DNA from: Rhina ancylostomus
Taxonomy: Eukaryota
DNA: 64,000 nucleotides
Assembly (NCBI GenBank): GCA_030265395.1
Contig: JARFYF010000052.1
Coordinates: 89,188,290 to 89,252,289 of the forward strand
Direction: 5' to 3'
Of this stretch, positions 54,600 to 64,000 are shown piece by piece (the stretch's first letter is position 1; each line of letters starts with the position of its first letter). A program made the translations under genes and the position numbers. The notes beneath the pieces are model-generated. The model saw only the letters and a program-made list of their open reading frames with translations. It was not told the origin of the DNA and ran no database searches.

Positions 54600-55880
54600 A
54601 CATGAGAAAACAAGAAGATAGGAGCAGGTAGGCTATCAGGCCCTTCAAAGCCTGCCCCACCTTTTAATATGATCATGGCTGATCTACAGTATGCTGGCAT
54701 CAACTCCCCTTCTGTGCTGCTTCTCCATACCTCTCTATTCCTCAATCTATCAAATACTTATCCACCTCTATTTTAAAGACTTCAAATGATCCAGCTTCCA
54801 CTGCCTGCTGGGGCACAGAAATCCAGAGATTCAATATCTTCCACAAGAAGAAATTTCTCTGTACCTCAGTTTTAAATGAACGGCCCTTTATCTTGACACA
54901 AGAGATTCTGCAGATGCTGGAATCCGATGCACCACACACAAAATGCTAGAGGAACTCAGCAGGTCAGTCAGCACCTATGGAGGGAAATAAACATCGACTG
55001 TTTATTTCCCTCTATAGATGCTGCCTGACCTGCTGAGTTCCTCCAGCATTTTGTGTATGTGGCCCTTTATCTTGTAGTTTTGTCCCCTTGTTCAAGACCC
55101 TCCCATGAGTGAAAACATCCCAACTCAACCCTGTCAAGCCTCTTTGGCTCTTATATATTTGAATAAGGTCATCTCTCATTCTTTGAAACTCCAAGGAAGA
55201 GAGGCCCAAGCGATTTAGTCTCCCTTGTCAGCCCTTCAGGAATTAGCCTGGTGAATCTCCTTTGGATTACTTCCAATGTTACTATTTTTAGGTAAGGGGA
55301 CCAAAAATGAATGCAGTATTCTAAGTGATGCCTTTTCAATACCCTGTTACAATGCAACAAGTGGTCCCTATTTTTAAACTCCAACCACTTTGCAACAAAA
55401 GCGAAAATGCCATTCACATTCTTAACTACTTGTTGGACCTGTCTGCTGGCTTTTTGTGATTGATGCACTAAAACACCCTCTGTACTTCACTTACTTACAG
55501 TCTCTCTCCATTTAGATAATAACCTGCCCTTTGATTTCTCTTTGATTCCTTCTTCCAGGTCATTTGTGTAAACAGTGAACAACTGCAGGCCAAGAATCGA
55601 TCCCTGCAGTACTCCACTAGTTACCGCCTTCTAGTCTGAAAAGGACCAATTTATTCTAACTTTCTATTTTCTGTGAAAGTTTTCAATCCATTCTACCTCC
55701 TCTGATTGCATCGGCTTTTAATTTATGGTCCAGCCTCTTATGTGGCACCTTGTCAAATGCCTTTTACAAATCTAAATACACTACATCTACAGGTTCCCTT
55801 TTATCAGTTCTCCCTGTTACATCTTCAAAGAATTCAAGTAAATTTTCAAACATGATTTACCTGTCATAAAATAATTTTGA
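54600..55880 (-). mobile_element. CR1/L2 LINE ORF2 remnant
   Basis: HHLEYCIHFWSPYLK...LEVIQRRFTRLIP and IKGRSFKTEVQRNFF...LNLWISVPQQAVEAGS. Confidence 0.85.
54896..55060. mobile_element. 165-bp fold-back insertion with 14-bp target-site duplication
   Basis: ggccctttatcttg at both 54882-54895 and 55061-55074. Internal ~60-bp inverted arms with a 5-nt loop (54994-54998). Confidence 0.85.
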
Positions 55881-55894
55881 TGAGCTTTAATCTA

Positions 55895-56325
55895 ACATGA
55901 GGATAGGTTGAGTGAGCTAGGGCTTTTCTCTTTGGAGAGAAAGAAGATGAGAGGTGACGTGATAGAGGTGTACAAGATGATAAGAGGCAGAGATTGAGTG
56001 GACAGTCAGAGACTTTTTCCCAGTGTGACAATGGCTGACACGAGGGGACATAATTGTAAAGTGATTGGAGAAAGGTATAAAGGAGATGTCAGGGGTAAGC
56101 TTTTACACAGAGAATAGTGGGTGTGTGGAACGCACTGCTGGCAGAAGTTGTGGGGGCAGATACATTAAGAACATTTGAGAGGCTCTTAGATAGACACATG
56201 AATGAAAGGAAAATAGGGGGCTACGAGGAGGGAAGGGTTAGATAGATCTTAGAGCAGGATAAAATGTTGGCACAACATTGTGGGCCGAAGGGCCTGTACT
56301 GTGCTGTAATGTTCTATGTTCTATA
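55895..56325 (+). mobile_element. CR1 LINE 3' end
   Basis: aggttgagtgagctagggcttttctctttggag through tail gggccgaagggcctgtactgtgctgtaatgttctatgttcta. Confidence 0.9.
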
Positions 56326-57769
56326 TACACCTGTTTTCATTAAGCCTTAGGCCAATAAAAATAGTCTCTTTCTTTTCACTCCAGCTGTGTCTTCCTTAAT
56401 TTTATACACTTTGATCGGTTTTCTCCTTGTCTGTCACTGTTCGAAAGAATACAACTTTTGTCTGGCTTATCTGTCCTCATAAGTAACACCCTTCATTCCT
56501 GGTAACACCCTCACTGATCTCCTTTGCGTCACCTCTTGTCTTATCTGTTTCTTCCTGAAGTGTGTTCTGTAGACAATATTCTAATTGTGGTCCAACTAAT
56601 GATTTGTTCACATCCAGAGTGACCTCTCTGGTCCTCTACTCTGTGCATCAACCAGTAAATTATCACCCATGTCTCTTAACTTATCGACCCTTTCTGCTGC
56701 CTTCAGATAACATTCCCTTACTTTGATGGAATTAAGGATGTAAATGTAAGTGCTTGGTTAACTGCACAACCTGGCATTAGTTCTCTTTAAACAGTCTATT
56801 TTACTCTCAATGATTGCTGCTTAATAAGACTTTTATTGCAAACATAATAATGTTTGTTCCAAATGCAGTGATGTTGAGATTCTTCTGAAACCTTTCATGT
56901 TATTTGTTGATTTCTCTGGGCCTTTCATGAGACAGATAGAAAAATACATGGCCTCTTTTTTTTTCCCTTCTGTAATGCAGTTTTAATTTGTATGGTAATA
57001 GAGAGATAATTATGGATTGATCCAATAAAATCCTACCTATGAGGGAGAGTGTCTAGAACTACGTTAACATACATCTCAGTGTGTGGGTGGAGGGGGAAGC
57101 TCTGCTGCTCAAGGTCTATTATTTTAACTATTAGGTGTTGGTGGATTAGCTTTTGTTTCCTAGTACTTTTCTCGAAGGCAATGACTGATTCTGTCAGTGT
57201 TGTTTGCAATGACCGAGATTAATGTCCCTTTCCCTTTGATGTACTGTCATTTTCTGTTTATAATTAACATTGGCATCCTGTTGACTCATAGCCAACAGGA
57301 GCTCCAGTGTGTGCACAGTATGTGGGATACCCTTAAGTCCCATGTAGACTCTTGGCTTCTCTACCAAGAAAAAGTAGGCCTGGTTTGAGAAGAATGACCA
57401 ATGGACTGAGAAGTTAATTAACTACGGACCTGAGGCCTTTCTTAATTGGAAGCTCTATCATTCCTCAAGGAAGAAGAAACTACTCAACAGGCACCTGAAG
57501 GCTGAGGTACAGCACAAAATCCATGATGGTGGGTGGAGAGACCGCAGAAGGCTCAGTAACCTGCTGAGTACCACGTAACGCATGCATTCTTCAGTGCTGT
57601 TAAGGTCAACTACGGTCCAAAAATCCAGGTCCTCACCCCACACCAAGAAGAGGCCAAGGACTCAAACAATGGCTACTGGGAGGAACACTGAAGAGTGACT
57701 CTGCCCTTGACATAGTGTCATAGTGCACAGAAAAAGACTCTTTCATCCATCATGAGTGCTCTTGATTCT

Positions 57770-58106
57770 ATCCTACAACAACAAGGTAATGTTTCAGCTC
57801 TATAGAACTCTGGTTAGACCACACTTGTACTGTGTTCAGTTCTCGTTGCCTCATTATAGGAAGGACGTGGAAGCTTTAGAGAGGGTGCAGAGGTGATTTA
57901 CCAGGATGTTGCCTGGATTGGAGAGCATGTCTTCTGAGGACAGGTTGAGTGAGCTGGGGCTTTTCTCTTTGNNNNNNNNNNNNNNNNNNNNNNNNNNNNN
58001 NNNNNNNNNNNNNNNNNNNNNNNNNNNNNNNNNNNNNNNNNNNNNNNNNNNNNNNNNNNNNNNNNNNNNNNCATGTATTGTGCTGTACCGTTCTATGATT
58101 CTATGA
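57770..58106 (+). mobile_element. CR1 LINE 3' fragment spanning a gap
   Basis: MLPGLESMSSEDRLSELGLFSL and tail ttctatgattctatg. Confidence 0.85.
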
Positions 58107-58735
58107 TTTAATTATATTCAGCTTTCCTAAATGATTTGCTATTTTTCTCTTTGTTGACTTTAGCATCTTGCCAAACATAGCTGTTAAACTAACTGGTCTG
58201 TAGTTCCCTGCTGTCTGCTTTTCACTTTTTTGGAACAAGGGAGTCACATTGGCTATTTTCCAATCTACTGGTACTTTCTAAGGGTTTACCGAGTATTGAA
58301 AAATTTCAACCAATGGGTCTACTATCTCTGCAGCCTCTTCTTATACCCCTGGTGTGTAGTCCATTGGATCCTGGTGATTTGTCCACGTTTAGCGCCCCCC
58401 CCTCAGTTTCTCCAATACTTTATTGGAATTTTTGTAAGTTCTATCACGTTATTTAAAATTAGCCTTCCTGATATCTTAGGATATTGGTAATGCCTTCCAT
58501 GGTGAAGACTATGCAAAAAAAAATTTAACATATCTGCCATTTTTTTGTTTGATGTTTTCTAGAGGCCCCACATTTACCTTAGCCACCTTCTGCTTATTTA
58601 TATATCCATAGAAACATTTAATGTTTGTTTTGATACTACAAAAGTTTTTTTCTCAAAATTGATTTTCTTCCTCTTATGACCTTTCTCGTCTTCTGGTGTT
58701 GAATTCTAAAAACTTCCCTGTCCTTTCGTCTACCA
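58107..58735 (-). mobile_element. CR1/L2 LINE ORF2 fragment (RT N-terminal part)
   Basis: The + strand gttaaactaactggtctgtagtt reads NYRPVSL on the minus strand; ccattggatcctggtgatttg reads KSPGSNG. Confidence 0.75.
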
Positions 58736-58819
58736 TAGAAGGCAGGAAGTGTGCACAATGTGGCAACCTGGAGCCTTTGCTGGAGGAGATTACTGGAAAG
58801 CGAGAGGTAATTTAAGTTA

Positions 58820-58995
58820 AAACCTGCAGATGTTAGGAATCTAAAACAAAAATGGAATATGCAGGGAACACTCAGTAGGTCAGCTGCATCTGTGGAAAGA
58901 GAAACAGAGTTAAAGTTTCAGATCAAAGATCCTTCATTAGATCTGGCAGTGAAACAAACAAAAATGAAGCAAAAGACTGGAAATCTAAAACAAAA
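58820..58995 (-). mobile_element. Penelope-type terminal repeat with degenerate hammerhead motif
   Basis: Minus strand reads ctaatga-ag-gatc-ttt-gatc-t-gaaa-ct-tt-aactctgtttctctttccacagatgc. Confidence 0.6.
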
Positions 58996-61900
58996 ACAGC
59001 ACTTTCTATTTTTGTTGCAGGAGGAAGGTCATGGAGGGCATGGAGTGATCCAAGGCAAATGCCCAGTAGTCTTGGTAGGTATTTATGTGGAAGCGAAACT
59101 CCCATGGTTCAATGGTTCATGAATATCTGTACTTTGGAGAAGGCTGCAAAGCTAACAAATCTTCATGCCTTTTCTGCCTCATCATTTTGGCTGAAGAAAA
59201 AGTAGATGAAGTCTTCTCTCATTAAGTATAGAGGTTGGATGACATCCTATTGGAGCAGTGAGCAGCCAGGCTCTGTGATATGGTATAGATCAGTGACAGT
59301 GGCCTGGTGTGATCTTGAAGCTAAGATATTGAGAGCAATGGTGACTTTGACTTTGATTGCAAGGGCAGTCCAAGCAGACATTTAGACTGTATTTAAGGTC
59401 AAGGGAGGTCAGGCCAGTGATATTGAAGATCCTCAAGAAAACAACAATTTGTTGCAGAATTACTGATATCATTGGACTGAATTTCATGCTGGCACCATTC
59501 TCATAGAACAGAGAAAATTCTCAGTGGAAAGTCAGGAATCCAATTTCCCACCAGATACAAAAAGATCCAGGAATGTGTACAACTTTGCTCCACTGTGGAC
59601 AAAATCTATTTTCAACCACATAATACTGTTTTTTTCAGTATTATGAGAACAAATTCCAAAGCTTTATTAGTTAATTTGGATAATACTGTCTCAAAATCTG
59701 GTTCAAACTATGTTCTCTGGCACAAGCCAGTATTGATAATAATTATTGGCCTTTCCTATTCTCAAACCGGTTGGTGTTTGCAGTGGTTGACTAATATTGA
59801 ATGATCATCCTCAAAACAATCAGACCAGAAAGGCCTTTAAGTAAGGAACCAAACAGGATGTTAGCAAGTTCAGATTTGTGAGTTGATGGCAATGATTTTC
59901 CACAGGACAGGCTTGGTGTAAGCTCAAATGATGTTTCAATAAAGTTGTCACATACCAAATATGTCACAGAGGAAATTGCCTTCAACATATTTTACAATGT
60001 TGCTACATATAATTTAGTCTCTGCCATCTGGCAATCCCAACAGGAGTGTTTTTCCTGGAAGAACATCTGAAGAAATTGCTGGCATTTCGCTCTGAATTTC
60101 AGTTTAAGAATTCCAAGGCTGGTAGTTGATCAATTCCAAACAGAGCCCACACTTCCGCTTGTGTAGCCACTTGCTTTGGGTGACATTCCAAGTTACCACT
60201 AAGTGTTTAAACTGTCCCACTATTATGGTAATTAGAAGGTATGTCCAATATTAATGCTTTATGCATTATGTATCAACAGACCTTGCCACTGACAACAGGC
60301 TTAATTTGTAGTTTAAATTAAAATGCCTGCTGCAAGAAATAGAATGATAGGGTGTCATGTCAGCTTGCAAATCGGTTCATCTTTCAAAGTTCAATGTAAT
60401 AACATTCTTAGTCCTACACAGTTGGCAGCATCAGACCATTTCATCTTACTTAGTTACCTGTATGATGGTATTTTAACTGCACATTAAGAATTTGATGGAT
60501 TTTCTCCACATAAGATTATATGGATATTACTAGGGTAGTTAGCTGAGCCTTTTTATTACTTGATGCATCATATAATTGCCAAATGTATTTACAGGCTATT
60601 GGTTCTATTTAAAGGTTTCATATCTCAGAACTAGTTTTTGATGAATATCCTTTTCTCAATAGACAGGTCATGTCATTATATCCCGTGTAACTGTAAACAT
60701 TTGATTGTGGTTATTTAATGCACCAAAGCAATTTTTGTGTTGTACTAATTGTGCTTATGTGCCACCTTTTGCACTGTTCGTTGCTAGTTAGGCTATTCCA
60801 CAAGTATCTTTAAGAATTAAATCTTTCTAACATTAATTAAATGAGTTCATTATTTTATTGGCACTAGGAAAAAGAGATACAGAATTGTTTTTCTAATTGA
60901 AGGTCAAAGTACCTGAAGGCTGAGCAAATTGAAAGGCTAACCAAACTGCAGTGAAATTACACACTGCTGTTCTGTTATTTGAGGGCGAGAGGTGTTACCA
61001 ACAGCGGTGTCACCCAGACTTGGAATGCAATGTTCTTCCAAGAGCCTCTCTGCCTGTGCTGTAGAAAAGCTGATCTCTCCAGTGACAGCTGCACTAATTC
61101 TACAATAAGTAAGAGCAATGTAAAGACAGGTATGGTGGCATTTCTCAGAAAGCATGAAACTCCAGAGTGAACAACTAATTAGAGAATCTTTACTCTTTAA
61201 ACCAATTACTAGCTCTGATCAATACACTCGTCTCACAATTCTGTGGACCTGATTAATTGTCAATGGGTAGGAAATGATTTATAAGATTGGGCAGTGCAGA
61301 TGCCGAATTAATGGGGCCGACAAAAATAATCTCATATTTCTTGTCTGTGAAGTGATGTAAATGCAGTCAATTCCATTGTGCATTACAGTACTGTTGTGGC
61401 GTAAGGATACTGTGGGTATGACTTTACGTGGTTTCCGATAGCAACAAGCTGAACTGCCATTTCAGTACTGCTGCCAGCATGACATATCGACATTTTAAGG
61501 CTACATCCACTAAAAAGTGGGTCTGAGCACCACTTTCTGGGATAAATTAATGCAGTGGTAATGTACAAACAACAACGTTTCCCTAAAAAAACTCAGCAAG
61601 ATGTGACTTTGTCTCACAATAGTGCTTTGGCATCACTGCCCTAATTATTTGAAACTGATGGGTTCAATTTAATTTACTATGAACATTCTACATTGTTCAG
61701 GATGTTCTGNNNNNNNNNNNNNNNNNNNNNNNNNNNNNNNNNNNNNNNNNTTATTCATGAGGCAAATTTAATGCAAACTAACAGGAAATAATCTATAAAT
61801 AATTGAGACTGCAAATGTCACTGCAGTATAACTAAATGCATACTGTGACAAATAAAATGGGTTTTAGCAATTTTTATCAAACTCCCAAAGGAGGCTAGTT

Positions 61901-62476
61901 TGCAGCAGAAACCTATCCTGAATTAAATGTGACACTTAATTTGGTCACTTTACTCTGAGCAACACTACAGTAACGTCAAGAATGTAAATGCCACTTTGTG
62001 CTGTAATTGGTGCTCTATTATCATTGGGAAGGAAGGAGACTGTCGAGCTAATGTAAATGAAAAGAAGCACAGTAATGCACGGTGTACCTTACCTAATGGT
62101 GCCATTTGGGCCACAAGTGGAAAAACTATTTTGTTTCACTTCAGCAATGTAAGAGAAATTAGATTACAGTTTGGGACGGATGGTGTGTAGTATGTACTGC
62201 ATTATTAATGTCAGAACATGATTCTGTTGCTGGCAATGTACATTCAATTTCAAACTATATTTTGTAGAACCATGCTGGCAAAACCAATCCAGTCACGAGC
62301 ACTCTCACTAACTTTCTATCATCCTAATGCATTCAGTAATCTGCTTGGGATATTTTGTTTTGTTTTCTTTATGCCTCAAATCTGCTACATAGGTTTGACA
62401 CAAATTCAGGCATTCAAATTGCAGTTTGTGTGATGAATTCAAAATGAAATACCCTGCACTTGATAGTCAATGCAGA

Positions 62477-62622
62477 CAGAATCAGAATCAGTCTTATTAT
62501 CATTGTGAAATTTGTTGTTTTGCAGTAGCAGTACTGCAAAGACATAAATTTACTATAAATTACAAAATAAATAAATAGTGCAAGAAGAAGAATAAGAGTG
62601 TTCATGGGTTCATGGACCATGT
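62477..62622 (-). mobile_element. LINE 3' end (Rex/Babar-like tail) abutting a gap
   Basis: agaatcagaatcag tandem tail followed by ttattatc. Family assignment is by recollection only. Confidence 0.45.
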
Positions 62623-64000
62623 NNNNNNNNNNNNNNNNNNNNNNNNNNNNNNNNNNNNNNNNNNNNNNNNNNNNNNNNNNNNNNNNNNNNNNNNNNNNNN
62701 NNNNNNNNNNNNNNNNNNNNNNNNNNNNNNNNNNNNNNNNNNNNNNNNNNNNNNNNNNNNNNNNNNNNNNNNNNNNNNNNNNNNNNNNNNNNNNNNNNNN
62801 NNNNNNNNNNNNNNNNNNNNNNNNNNNNNNNNNNNNNNNNNNNNNNNNNNNNNNNNNNNNNNNNNNNNNNNNNNNNNNNNNNNNNNNNNNNNNNNNNNNN
62901 NNNNNNNNNNNNNNNNNNNNNNNNNNNNNNNNNNNNNNNNNNNNNNNNNNNNNNNNNNNNNNNNNNNNNNNNNNNNNNNNNNNNNNNNNNNNNNNNNNNN
63001 NNNNNNNNNNNNNNNNNNNNNNNNNNNNNNNNNNNNNNNNNNNNNNNNNNNNNNNNNNNNNNNNNNNNNNNNNNNNNNNNNNNNNNNNNNNNNNNNNNNN
63101 NNNNNNNNNNNNNNNNNNNNNNNNNNNNNNNNNNNNNNNNNNNNNNNNNNNNNNNNNNNNNNNNNNNNNNNNNNNNNNNNNNNNNNNNNNNNNNNNNNNN
63201 NNNNNNNNNNNNNNNNNNNNNNNNNNNNNNNNNNNNNNNNNNNNNNNNNNNNNNNNNNNNNNNNNNNNNNNNNNNNNCCTTCAATAGGAAGAAAATCAGT
63301 GGTTTCAGCTCAGCCAGCAACACATTGTTGGACATATTTCAGGAGTTTGAATTCAAGGTGAAGAGGTGGGTCTGTGTTCTTAAAGGAATAGCATCATTCT
63401 TGCTCTCAGAGGTACCACAAACTCATTTAATCAGATTGCCATTAGTAGAAAGTTAGCAAGGGTTCCATGCCACTGGAGCTTTCCTTACTTTGTACCAGGT
63501 CATAAAAACAGCATGGTAGTTCTATATTCACCCACTCGTAGTTAAATATTCACCTGGGATAGTACAGGTGTTATATATTATTTCCCCACCTTTAGGGACG
63601 GAACATTCATGATAGAATCACGTGCTTCAGAAGGTGGCCATCTGCCTCTTCATTCCTGTGCCAGCTCTTTGAAAGGTTTATCCAATCACCTCAGTTTCTG
63701 CTTATCTTTTCCTTTCTTGACAGCTTATTTAAATATTTGTGCTGGTATTTATGCTCCCACTCAATTTTATCTAACCTTATCATTAAAGCCTTTTCCTTCC
63801 TCACTAATGTATTTTCAAATTTCTCCTAAATCTATCTGTGATGTTCACCTTAACTCTTCCGACGTGACAGTAATTCCATATTCCATCATCCTCTTTGTAT
63901 GGGAAATGTTCCTGAGCAGAACACTCCCCATTTAATCTATGTAAAATTCTGCATTTTTCTGTCTAAGTTGCACACATTTTCAAAAATCTGAGCTTATCTT

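Noticed and set aside
61996-62190. ORF containing IIIGKEG, reminiscent of NDST DDIFVGKEGTRM in the missing upstream exon
   Set aside because: It is on the wrong strand, lacks the DIDD motif and has no flanking similarity, so it is a chance match.
1-64000. CRISPR arrays, operons or prokaryotic defence systems
   Set aside because: There is no regularly spaced repeat-spacer structure and no dense coding sequence; the window is vertebrate intron-exon DNA.

Overview
Eukaryotic, AT-rich, gapped draft sequence. The repeat content (CR1/L2 LINEs, V-SINE-like SINEs, Penelope-like elements) suggests a cartilaginous fish; this is an inference. The only host coding sequence I can support is four consecutive minus-strand exons (88, 155, 186 and 129 nt; all AG/GT flanked; 558 nt = 186 aa in one frame) of a bifunctional heparan sulfate N-deacetylase/N-sulfotransferase of NDST3/NDST4 type. 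They cover part of the deacetylase domain. The preceding coding exon is not visible in 27833-64000 and the following one is not visible in 1-2762, so the rest of the window is probably intron. The introns hold decayed CR1/L2 LINEs, SINEs, Penelope-like GIY-YIG fragments, a Gypsy gag-pol relic and microsatellites. The most notable non-coding signals are (1) several dispersed Penelope-type terminal repeats whose consensus forms a minimal type I hammerhead ribozyme, and (2) a 165-bp fold-back derivative of that repeat inserted with an exact 14-bp target-site duplication. Exon coordinates are base-exact; repeat boundaries are approximate and were read by eye.
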